This document shows, piece by piece, positions 12,586 through 23,700 of a DNA stretch of 64,000 nucleotides (its first letter is position 1; each line of letters starts with the position of its first letter). Made by a program: the position numbers and the translations under genes. The notes under the pieces were generated by a model. That model ran no database searches and had not been told where the DNA came from. It worked only from the letters and a program-made list of their open reading frames with translations. Origin of the DNA: Ranitomeya imitator (taxonomy: Eukaryota); assembly GCF_032444005.1 (NCBI RefSeq), contig NC_091284.1, forward strand, positions 768,552,001 to 768,616,000, written 5' to 3'.

Positions 12586-12916
12586 AGGTATGTGCACACG
12601 CTGCGGAAAACGCTGCGGATCCGCAGCAGTTTCCCATGAGTGTACAGTTCAATGTAAACCTATGGGAAACAAAAATCGCTGTACACATGCTGCGGAAAAA
12701 CTGCACGGAAACGCAGCGGTTTACATTCCGCAGCATGTCACTTCTTTGTGCGGATTCCGCAGCGGTTTTACAACTGCTCCAATAGAAAATCGCAATTGTA
12801 AAACCGCAGTGAAATGCGCAGAAAAAAACGCGGTAAATCCGCCATAAATCCGCAGCGGTTTAGCACTGCGGATTTATCAAATCCGCAGCGGAAAAATCCG
12901 CAGAGGACCAGAATAC
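12586..12916. mobile_element. Second Harbinger-type MITE, truncated by the gap
   Basis: TAA|AGGTATGTGCACACG start, same TGCGG-rich composition; right end lost in Ns. Confidence 0.65.
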
Positions 12917-13082
12917 NNNNNNNNNNNNNNNNNNNNNNNNNNNNNNNNNNNNNNNNNNNNNNNNNNNNNNNNNNNNNNNNNNNNNNNNNNNNNNNNNNNN
13001 NNNNNNNNNNNNNNNNNNNNNNNNNNNNNNNNNNNNNNNNNNNNNNNNNNNNNNNNNNNNNNNNNNNNNNNNNNNNNNNNNN
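12917..13082. other. Assembly gap (166 N)
   Basis: Run of N. Confidence 1.
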
Positions 13083-14309
13083 GGGAAAAAAAAAATTTCT
13101 TTATTTTTTTATTGTCCCTACCTATGGGGGTGACAAAGGGGGGGGGTCATTTATTATTTTTTTTATTTTGATCACTGAGATAGATTATATCTCAGTGATC
13201 AAAATGCACTTTGGAACGAATCTGCCGGCCGGCAGATTCGGCGGGCGCACTGCGCATGCGCCCGCCATTTTGGAAGATGGCGGCGCCCGGGAGAAGACGG
13301 ACGGGACCACGGCTGGATCGGTAAGTATGATAGGGTGGGGGGGGACCACGGGGGGGGGATCGGAGCACGGGGGGGGGAATCGGAGCGCGGGAGGGGTGGA
13401 ACGGAGCGCGGGGGGCGTGGAACGGAGCACGGGGGGGCTGGAATGGAGCACGGGGGTGGAACGGAGCACGGGGGGGGTGGATCGGAGTGCAGGGGGGGTG
13501 ATTGGAGCACGGGGGGGTGATTGGAGCACGGGGGGAGCGGACACGAGCACGGGGGGGAGCGGAGCACTGGACGGAGGGGAGCCGGAGCAGTGTACCGGCC
13601 AGATCGGGGGGGTGGGGGGGCGATCGGAGGGGTGGTGTGGGGGCACACTAGTATTTCCAGCCATGGCCGATGATATTGCAGCATCGGCCATGGCTGGATT
13701 GTAATATTTCACCCGTTATAATGGGTGAAATATTACAAATCGCTCTGATTGGCAGTTTCACTTTCAACAGCCAATCAGAGCGATCGTAGCCACGAGGGGG
13801 TGAAGCCACCCCCCCTGGGCTAAACTACCACTCCCCCTGTCCCTGCAGATCGGGTGAAATGGGAGTTAACCCTTTCACCCGGTCTGCAGGGACGCGATCT
13901 TTCCATGACGCCGCATAGGCGTCATGGGTCGGATTGGCACCGACTTTCATGACGCCTACGTGGCGTCAAAGGTCGGGAAGGGGTTAAACCGGCAATCATT
14001 TATTACGTTTGTCTGTATTTTATAATGGAACAGACAAATATAATCTCCAGATGGACATTTGCAGAACCTAAGGGTACAGGCCGGACCAGAATCACCACCA
14101 AAACTAAATGGACACCTATCCACAGACAAGAGCTGTCAGTGATAGATTCCTATGAGCCACAGGTCACACGAGCAGCAATAGCTTCTACATACCGGCTGCC
14201 AGTGATGTGCATGTAGCGCCACCATAGTCAGGGCGATGTACAATGCGGACCAGCCTCAGGCAAGAATAGAGACATATGTACAGTATGCAGTGTGTAGATT
14301 GGTGCCCAT

Positions 14310-14617
14310 TAGTGACTATCGAATATACTCGTTACTCGAGATTTCCCGAGCACGCTCGGGGGTCCTCCCAGTATTTTTTAGTGCTCGGAGATTTAGTTTT
14401 CCTCACCGCAGCTGAATGATCTACATCTGTTTGCCATCTTGACATGTGGGATTTCCCTAGCAACCAGGCAACCCCCACATGTACTTATGTTGGCTAACAG
14501 ATATAAATCATTCAGCTGCGGTGAGGAAAACTAAATCTCCGAGCACTAAAAAATACTCGGAGGACCCCCGAGCATGCTCGAGAAATCTCGAGTAACAAGT
14601 ATATTCGCTCATCACTA
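14310..14617. mobile_element. hAT MITE (near-palindromic)
   Basis: TIR TAGTGA..GAATATACT.GTTACTCGAG; 8-bp TSD GTGCCCAT (14302-14309, 14618-14625). Confidence 0.9.
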
Positions 14618-15190
14618 GTGCCCATAGAAGTTAATGTATAGTTTTGGCTGCCTGTGTCGGTGACAGGATTGTATGCGGTGCCTCTGTGCAGTATATGGTT
14701 TAGATAGTGTGATACAGTGGCATAAGCTGGAGCTCATGGGCCCTAATGCAAAACCTCCAACAAGTCTTTAACAGTATTGGTCTTTTCATATAGGCCAAAT
14801 GGACTATTTTACACTCCAGGGCCCGGGTGCGATTGCAGTTCCTGCACCTGTTAATGTAAGACTAGTTTCACATTTGCGTTAGAATCCGCAGCATTTAATC
14901 CGCATCCGCAAGTACAGGAAAAAACGCATATAAACACGTACAAATGCAGCGTTTTTAAGACGCATGCGGGAACGCATGCAGTTAAAAAAACGCCGCGTTT
15001 GCATGCTTCTCAATGCGTTTTTTCCTGCGTTTGCGTTTTTGGTGCGCATGGTGACAAATTTTACAGGAGAAAAATCTAGATAACCAGACACCGCCAATGT
15101 GACTACAGGGGGCGTGTATTATGGGATATCTATATATAGACCCTTGAACAGCTGAAATCTTCAGAGTTTGCTCCTGTATCCTGTGTCATA

Positions 15191-16544
15191 ATGGATCTTC
15201 ACATGAAGAGCTTTATTTCAACCTGGATTTAAGCATCAAGCTGTTTCTTGCCTGTGCGTTTGCTTGGGAGCAAGACAGAAATCGAGAAATATGGAGGAGA
15301 CGTCATAGGTGTTTTTGGAGACACCCCATTATTGAATTACGTGAGAGCCGTGGAGCCTATCACACGCTGTATGGCGAGCTTAATGCCAACCCAGACAAAT
15401 TCCCGGAATATACCAGGATGTCGCAAGACTCATTCCGGGATTTGCTTGCTCGTGTCCAAGGAACCATACGGAGACAGGACACCCAGCTCCATAGAGCGAT
15501 TCCACCAGAGGAACGTCTGCTGGTTACTTTAAGGTACGTAACAAATCTAAACCAATGGCAGTGCTAATTTTGGCTGCTCTGACATGTATTTTTTTGGTAT
15601 TTTCCTTTATGTCTTTAGCATAACAACACCATAAATAGAAATGATTGTAATTTCTTTTTTTTTTTTCTTCCAGATTTCTGGCAACCGGAGAGAGTTTATC
15701 ATCCCTCCACTTCCAATCCCTGCTTGGAATATGCACCCTGTCCGGAATAGTTGTGAACACCTGCCGGGCTTTGTGGAATGTACTCCGGGATGAGTTTATA
15801 CCCCTACCCACCTTGGACATATGGATTGGAATTGTGGAAAAATTCTGGAGTGTGTGTGATTTCCCCAACTGTTTGGGAGCGGTGGATGGAAAGCACATCC
15901 GCATTATCAAGCCAGCCAGAACAGGATCGTAGTACTTCAATTATAAAAAATATTTTTCTGTTGTGCTCATGGCAATAGCTGATGCGAACTGTCGCTTCAT
16001 CGCTGTGGACATTGGAGCTTTTGGCCGTGGCAACGATTCCCAGACTTTTAAGAACTCGGATATGGGCCGCCGTGTGTATGGCAAAAATTTTAATTTTCCA
16101 CAGCCACGACCTCTCCCCAACACTCAAGGTCCACCAATGCCGTTTGTTATGGTTGGTGATGAGGCCTTTCAGATGTGTGAAAACCTACTGAAGCCATATT
16201 CCAGTTATGACTTGAACCACACTAAAAGGATTTTTAACTACAGACTGACCGGGGCACGAAGAACTGTGGAGTGTACCTTTGGAATTCTAGTCTCAAAATG
16301 GCGCATTCTTGCATCAGCCATTAATCTAAAAATGGAGACAGTCGACGAGGTGGTCAAAGCCTGTGTGGTTCTGCACAATTACATAATGGCTAAGGAGTGG
16401 CCCAACATTGAACTGGATGAACCAGTTGCACACCCACTGCCCGATTACCAGCATCACCCGCTGCGGTCAACAGCTGAAGTTGGCCACATGCGGAACCAAT
16501 TTGCTGCCTTTTTTGATTCGGATATTGGGCGTGTGTCATGGTAG
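15191..16544 (+). pseudogene. Harbinger DDE transposase (HARBI1-like family), two exons, disabled
   Basis: Exon 1 15191-15533 (frameshift near the start; ...EERLLVTLR), GT-AG intron 15534-15673, exon 2 FLATG...GAVDGKHI...GDEAF...RRTVECTFGILVSKWRIL; in-frame TAG at 15930-15932. Confidence 0.9.
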
Positions 16545-19094
16545 GACAATGTTGTGTAAATGTCCTGTTGGGATTTTATCTGTACCAGTTATTTTCTTAA
16601 ATGTTACTAATATTTCTCGTTAATAAACTTCATTTTTTGGTGTCTTGACCGTGTCTATGTATGTCCTCTACAAACCAAGGCTGTCCTCACGCTAGCAGTA
16701 TTTGGTCTGTATTTAATATCAGTATTTGTAATCTAAAACCAGAAGTGGGTGATAAAAGCTGAGGTGCTAGATATGTTATTATTATAATTTTCCTCTAATT
16801 GTTCCAATCCTTGTTTTGGCTTACAACTTCTGATATAAAATACTGACCACATACTGTAATTGTGACGCAGCCATGTTGTTTTAGTGTTAAGGTTGTTGAC
16901 GTCATTGCATCCTGATTCTGTTCTGCAGTATCCATTGGACACAGACTGAAGAGACAATGACTGTCATACAAAACAGATCTATACTCATCAAATCTGGTGT
17001 CAGAAACAATGAATTCATGAGGCACATATAACAGCCTCATGAATTCACTCTTTCTGACACATGTCCAGGTGAGCATAGATATGCCGTGTATGACCGCCAT
17101 CGTCCCTTCACTTTGTGTGAAATAGATTACGTACACAGAAGAGAAAATGGAGGTTATACAAGGCAGTTCTCTACTCACCAGGTCAGGTGTCCTAACTAAT
17201 GAGTTTTTGGACACCTGACCTGTTGAGTATAGTTCTGCATTGTATTTCCGCCATTTTCTCTTAAGTCTGCAACACTAGTCACAGACTAAGCAGAAGGAAG
17301 AGATTGGTATTTTCTGCATTGTATTTCCGCCATTTTCTCTTAAGTCTGCAACACTAGTCACAGACTAAGCAGAAGGAAGAGATTGGTATTTTCCTTTATG
17401 TCTTTAGCATAACAACACCATAAATAGAAATGATTGTAATTTCTTTTTTTTTTTTCTTCCAGATTTCTGGCAACCGGAGAGAGTTTATCATCCCTCCACT
17501 TCCAATCCCTGCTTGGAATATGCACCCTGTCCGGAATAGTTGTGAACACCTGCCGGGCTTTGTGGAATGTACTCCGGGATGAGTTTATACCCCTACCCAC
17601 CTTGGACATATGGATTGGAATTGTGGAAAAATTCTGGAGTGTGTGTGATTTCCCCAACTGTTTGGGAGCGGTGGATGGAAAGCACATCCGCATTATCAAG
17701 CCAGCCAGAACAGGATCGTAGTACTTCAATTATAAAAAATATTTTTCTGTTGTGCTCATGGCAATAGCTGATGCGAACTGTCGCTTCATCGCTGTGGACA
17801 TTGGAGCTTTTGGCCGTGGCAACGATTCCCAGACTTTTAAGAACTCGGATATGGGCCGCCGTGTGTATGGCAAAAATTTTAATTTTCCACGGCCACGACC
17901 TCTCCCCAACACTCAAGGTCCACCAATGCCATTTGTTATGGTTGGTGATGAGGCCTTTCAGATGTGTGAAAACCTACTGAAGCCATATTCCAGTTATGAC
18001 TTGAACCACCCTAAAAGGATTTTTAACTACAGACTGACCGGGGCACGAAGAACTGTGGAGTGTACCTTTGGAATTCTAGTCTCAAAATGGCGCATTCTTG
18101 CATCAGCCATTAATCTAAAAATGGAGACAGTCGACGAGGTGGTCAAAGCCTGTGTGGTTCTGCACAATTACATAATGGCTAAGGAGTGGCCCAACATTGA
18201 ACTGGATGAACCAGTTGCACACCCACTGCCCGATTACCAGCATCACCCGCTGCGGTCAACAGCTGAAGTTGGCCACATGCGGAACCAATTTGCTGCCTTT
18301 TTTGATTCGGATATTGGGCGTGTGTCATGGTAGGACAATGTTGTGTAAATGTCCTGTTGGGATTTTATCTGTACCAGTTATTTTCTTAAATGTTACTAAT
18401 ATTTCTCGTTAATAAACTTCATTTTTTGGTGTCTTGACCGTGTCTATGTATGTCCTCTACAAACCAAGGCTGTCCTCACGCTAGCAGTATTTGGTCTGTA
18501 TTTAATATCAGTATTTGTAATCTAAAACCAGAAGTGGGTGATAAAAGCTGAGGTGCTAGATATGTTATTATTATAATTTTCCTCTAATTGTTCCAATCCT
18601 TGTTTTGGCTTACAACTTCTGATATAAAATACTGACCACATACTGTAATTGTGACGCAGCCATGTTGTTTTAGTGTTAAGGTTGTTGACGTCATTGCATC
18701 CTGATTCTGTTCTGCAGTATCCATTGGACACAGACTGAAGAGACAATGACTGTCATACAAAACAGATCTATACTCATCAAATCTGGTGTCAGAAACAATG
18801 AATTCATGAGGCACATATAACAGCCTCATGAATTCACTCTTTCTGACACATGTCCAGGTGAGCATAGATATGCCGTGTATGACCGCCATCGTCCCTTCAC
18901 TTTGTGTGAAATAGATTACGTACACAGAAGAGAAAATGGAGGTTATACAAGGCAGTTCTCTACTCACCAGGTCAGGTGTCCTAACTAATGAGTTTTTGGA
19001 CACCTGACCTGTTGAGTATAGTTCTGCATTGTATTTCCGCCATTTTCTCTTAAGTCTGCAACACTAGTCACAGACTAAGCAGAAGGAAGAGATT
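15594..19094. repeat. Tandem duplication with 1789-bp offset (15594-17305 and 17383-19094) and an inserted junction segment
   Basis: Identical ORF sets offset by 1789 (15963/17752); a few SNPs (e.g. Q/R, T/P codons). Confidence 0.93.
17463..18333 (+). pseudogene. Duplicate of Harbinger transposase exon 2
   Basis: Same sequence with acceptor AG at 17461-17462 and the same premature TAG. Confidence 0.9.
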
Positions 19095-19381
19095 ATGGAG
19101 ATAATACAAGTATTAATTTTTTGGCCCACCTCATATCCGTATACTAAAGACACACAAAGCTGCAGTCTTTTACTTGCTAACTACTGGAGCTATGATGTGG
19201 CCAAAAAATTAAGTGTTCGGCGCACGGTGTGTGTTGACGGCGGCAAAATGCACAATTAAACCACACATAATTGGGGGCTAAAAATAATATTATTTATTTT
19301 GTTATACACAAACTTTTTATTTAACTGCGCCTGCTTGGGGTAGAGTGATGGAAACAGGGGGTGTGAAGCATTGAGGCCTGG

Positions 19382-21788
19382 CTAACAGTGGACGACGCAG
19401 GGGTGGCAGGAGAAAGGGCAATGAAACTTGTGGGGTCTGGTAGTTCGGGGATAGGGCTTGACACGAGAGGCCTGAGATGCACTGGAAGGGTGAGACAAAC
19501 CTGACATTACAGACACACTGAGAGGTGAGGGGGAAGGAATACTAAGAATACGCTGTTTTTTATTTTTTCTCCCTTTCTGGGATCGCCGGGTTCTGGTAAG
19601 CCTCGGTGGGCTTATATGTCGTGGCATGGTTGTGGTTGATGACCTGTCAGGGTCCGGCTGCACTGTGTCAGAGTCCATAGTGCTCGTAGAGCGTGCAGCC
19701 ATGCCAGAGTCCATAGTGCTCGTAGAGTGTGCAGCCATGCCAGAGCCCATAGTGCTCGTAGAGCGTGCAGCCATGCCAGAGTCCATAGTGCTCGTAGAGT
19801 GGAAAGCCATGCCAGAGTCCATAGCGCTTGTAGAGCGGAAGGCCATGCCTGGGTCCTGCTGCATCGTGGTGGTGGCGGTATGGAAGGTCATGCCAGGGTC
19901 CTGCTGCATTGTGGTGGTGGTGGTACGGAAAGCCATGCCAGGGTCCTGCTGCATCGTGGTGGTGGCGGTACGGAAGGTCATGCCAGGGTCCTGCTGCATC
20001 GGGGTGTCGGTGGAGGAGGTCCAAGCAGGAGCAGCGGTTGTCATGGTGGTGGCGGTGGGCTGTCCAACAGCACTTGGCATGGTGGTGGTGCTGTACTGGT
20101 GTCCGGTGGTGGTGCTGTACTGGTGTCCGGTAGTGCTAGGAATAGAGGTGGCCGTGCAGTGGTATGCAGCAGAGGTCGACATTGATGTTAATCGTGACAG
20201 TGAAGGCACAGGTGCATATGCTGCCACTGTCTGCTGTAAATACCGACTCTGCTGCATAGCTTGCATGTAAGCAGCATTGCAGGCCTGCATGACACTAAGC
20301 TGGAGATCAGGAGTAAGTTCTTCCGACATGCCCTGCTCAATTTGGTTAAAAAAATGATGTGCTGGCAGCTGGAGGTCGGCTTTTACTTGGTCAAGGCTTT
20401 TGGTGACCTCCTGGATACGTGTCTTCATGTGGATAAGGGAAATATCCATTCGGTCACCCAAAGCCTTGAGTCCTTCGTGAAACCCGAGCTCAAATGCAAA
20501 AACTCGGGCATGAGGGACCTGTCCGATGCCCTCTGCCGCTGCCGGGAGGAGCCCCCCAAAAAAGGGGCAGAGGCAGAGGACTCGGAAAGGGGAACACCTG
20601 ATGGACCAGCTTCCTGGTCTCCAGTTTGTGTGGTAAGCCCACTTGCTGCAGCGCTGCTGGATGGCTGGGACGGGTCCATGGCTGTCTGATGAAGGACCGC
20701 TCCAGAATCTGGGCCAACAGTGCTGCTCCATGTGCTGTGAAAAAAGGAAAAAAAAATTAATAACAAAAATAACCAGACGCCAACTCCTGTGGAATAGAAA
20801 CATACAGATTATGGCAATACAACACAACCTAATGCACAGGAGAAATACTTACGTTCTCTGGGGAAGGACCGGTCTTAAATTTGCCAGAACACGATAGTAT
20901 TTGTACTTTCGGATCCTTGCTCCTGAACCACTGGGAACACGGCTCTCTTGACGCAGGTCCTTGTTGAAGTGGTCCTTCATCAAACGCCAACGTGTTTTGA
21001 CATTGAACACTGTTGAAAAAACAAAAAAATATGGTTAGACAATGTACTTTTGGCCATGCTCACACAACTATGTGTGATGAGAGAAACTCCTGAGAGTTTC
21101 TCTCATCACACACAGTTGTGTGAGCACGGCCAAGGTCTCTGCTGCTTCACACTGCATTCTAATACTTACAAAATGCATTTCGGACCCGAGTAGGGGCGCT
21201 GTCCCAGCCATCCCACATCACTTTGGCCACCTCATTCCATAGGCGCCGGATCATCACGTTGTCCGAGTGCTGTGGAACCCGGGTGTCCCACAACGGGATT
21301 CGCTCCTGGACCAGGGAGATGAGGAGGTCATTTTCTATGAGGTCTTTATCCCGTTCTGGAACCTTAAAATTAAATACAGACATTAATGTTGGATACATTA
21401 ACATAAGGAAAAGAAAGAAAACAGAGGCTGAGAAATGGCATGACTAAGGAAAGTGAAGGTACAAAAGGAATCCAGAAGAAAAATGTAAAGAAATAGGAAT
21501 GTAAAGAAAGGAAGATTCAAGAATACTAAAGTGAGGATACAGTAAACAGTCAGCCTTGTATACGTACATGCTGCCGCCTTGCCACCCGAACGTGACTCCG
21601 CTGCTCCTGCCCAGCCTCTGCTGCAGTAAAAGTGCTCAAAAAAATGAAAAAAAAAAAAAAAAAAAAAATTTGTCATATGTGTAGATGTGACAGTGAATAC
21701 TTACCAATCTGACGAGGTGAGTACTCACTTCACTGACATGTTCTACTTCAGAAGGCCCAGGACGTTGCTCCTCATCAGAAGAAGACAT
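19382..21788 (-). pseudogene. Harbinger Myb/SANT (MADF) DNA-binding protein gene, multi-exon, frameshifted
   Basis: Probable start MSSSDEEQ at 21788; MADF exon 21362-21170 (LLISLVQERIPLWD...RLWNEVA), exon 21009-20853 (TRWRLMKDHF), last exon from 20734 with a frameshift near 20480, a BESS-like segment (HHFFNQIEQGM...LQLSVMQ) and 33/48-bp coding repeats. GT-AG junctions join in frame; 5' exons and 3' end are approximate. Confidence 0.8.
21050..21133 (-). other. 40-bp inverted repeat with 4-nt loop inside the 160-nt intron of the MADF gene
   Basis: Arms 21050-21089 and 21094-21133; two mismatches, both G-U pairs on the - strand. Confidence 0.9.
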
Positions 21789-23347
21789 TCTGATGCATGC
21801 AGAAAGAAAGAAATGGCAGAAATTAGGACATGTAGAGACAGAAAATAGAAAATAAAGGCATTGGCTAGGATATACTCACATTGTTCTGAGTGAAGATTCC
21901 TTCCTGTGTCTGCTCTGCTGCGTCTGGACAGCTTCTCTGTCTGCTGTGTAGTGACCTGCAACTGTCCACTCCCTCCCTTTATCACCTTGTATGTGGGGGG
22001 TGGCTAATCAGTGTCTAGACATGTTTTTTTCTGGTGCAACGCATGCGTTCACATAGACAGCAATGCGTTTTTTTTGGTGCATTCCTTACGCAATCGACCG
22101 CATACGTTTCTAGGCGGCAAATTGACGCCTCTAAAATTACTATATGTAGCGTTCACCGCGCCAAACCGCAGACAAAACGACGCATGCGTCGTCAAACGCG
22201 GCCAAACGCAACCAATCGCAGACGCATGTGTCCCTAATGTTAAATATAGGAATACACAACGCATGCGGATTATTGCGGAAGAAACGCTGCAGACACAAAC
22301 GCAAATGTGAAACCGGCCTTACACCCAGGCTTTATATATGCAGCAAACAAGTGTAATAGAGAGAAGATGCTCCATATGTGATGACATAAATGTAGATATA
22401 CTGCGCGCCCGCTGTATGACACGTCACGTGCTGCATTCTATGTGCACTATACATCTAGACCCTGCATAGTGTACATGGTAGATGGTCTTTCATATCTGAA
22501 TGGTACATGCTGTGGGCCAGTCTCACACTGGTATCATACTGTGTGCCGGCCTATGTTGGCTACACCACTTCTACATGCAATGTGCCAGACTGTGAACACC
22601 GGCCGCCATGTGCCAGGATTATGCCAGTGACATGTCTGTATGTGCTGTGTGCCAGGCTATTAACACAGTGACTGTCAGCCAGTAATGTGTGTAGGTGCTG
22701 TGTGCCAGTGTTTGTGACATACCAGTATTAGCTGTGTGCCAGCCTGGGCTAGTGTACATGTTGTGTGCCAGCAATATCTGTGCCAACATGTACACAGGCT
22801 GTGTGCCATGCTGTGTCTCTGACTAGGTGCCAGCCTGTGACACTGACATCTTGTTACATGCAGTGTGCCATTGATGCCTTGACTGTGTTTTGTGCCAGTG
22901 ATATGTCAGCCTGTAGTTATTGCACAAGTTATGTGCCATGCTATGTCACTGACCAGTGTGCCAGTGCTGCATGAGGACCCCCACCATTGTGCAGATTACC
23001 CCCATCCTCCCCAGCGATGTATAGTGGTTGTATAGGATTAGTTGACCCCAGCATCATCTGAGCAGGGAATCTCCTCCTCCTCCTCCTGTCTGTGCCCCTG
23101 TGTGCTGTCTGCCCACCCTCTGCCTGTCCTCCAGTGCTCATACTGGTGCCTGCCTCCCTGCCGCTGTGCCTGCCTCTGTGCCTGCCTCCCTGCCTCTGTG
23201 CCTGCCTCCCTGCCTCTGTGCCTGCCTCTGCCTGCTCCTGATGCCTCCTCCCAGCCACTCCTCTGTGCTCAGCAGCCTCCCGTGTGCCGTCTGCCCCCTC
23301 CCCATATATCAGCCCCCCATGGTCACAGCCTTGTCATCTGTCTGCAG

Positions 23348-23492
23348 GTCCAGTCTACTCCTCTACTGGTTACAAGAAGGCAGATGATGAGATGTCCGGG
23401 GCCACGTCCAGTGCTGACCAGGCGGAGGCAGCGACCCGCATCATCCTCATCAATCAGCCTCAGACATGCAAGTTCAGGGACAACAGGGTGAG
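23348..23492 (+). CDS. ATP8A2: Internal coding exon (exon 2 equivalent) of phospholipid flippase ATP8A2
   Basis: CTGCAG|GT...AG|GTAAG, 145 bp, phase 1/2. Translates [48 protein letters not shown], matching the recalled human [48 protein letters not shown]. No other ATP8A2 exon was found in the window. Confidence 0.9.
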
Positions 23493-23700
23493 GTAAGAAG
23501 CCCCCTGCTCCATCCTCCCTGCCCTGTGCCCCACACACGGTGGGCACAGACTCCCTCCCTGCCCAGTACTGCAGCATGGCCAGCCTGCTCCAAACTTCTC
23601 CTCACTGCAACTCTCCACAATCCCATCCTACAAGTCCAGATAATGGAGACCCCGAGTGTGACACCGAGAGCGGAGGGCTGGGGACGCACCAGGGGCTTAT

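Larger units (their letters stand above)
8464..13983. mobile_element. Non-autonomous piggyBac-like element (spans an assembly gap)
   Basis: TTAA|CCCCTTCAAGACC ... GGTCGGGAAGGGG|TTAA (13-bp TIR with 2 mismatches); no transposase. The two sides of the gap might belong to different copies. Confidence 0.7.
14860..22318. mobile_element. PIF/Harbinger transposon, formerly autonomous (transposase + Myb/MADF gene, convergent)
   Basis: TIR G(A/G)C(T/C)(A/G)GTTTCACATTTGCGT; flanks TAA/TTA (TWA target, one mismatch); subterminal AACGCA/TGCGTT repeats; the two characteristic genes. Confidence 0.9.

Noticed and set aside
12814-13712. Gly-rich and Pro-rich ORFs across or near the gap
   Set aside because: One spans Ns; the others come from G-rich short repeats in the piggyBac-like end.
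19626-20270. 214-aa antisense ORF in the Harbinger element
   Set aside because: Shadow of the repetitive MADF last exon.
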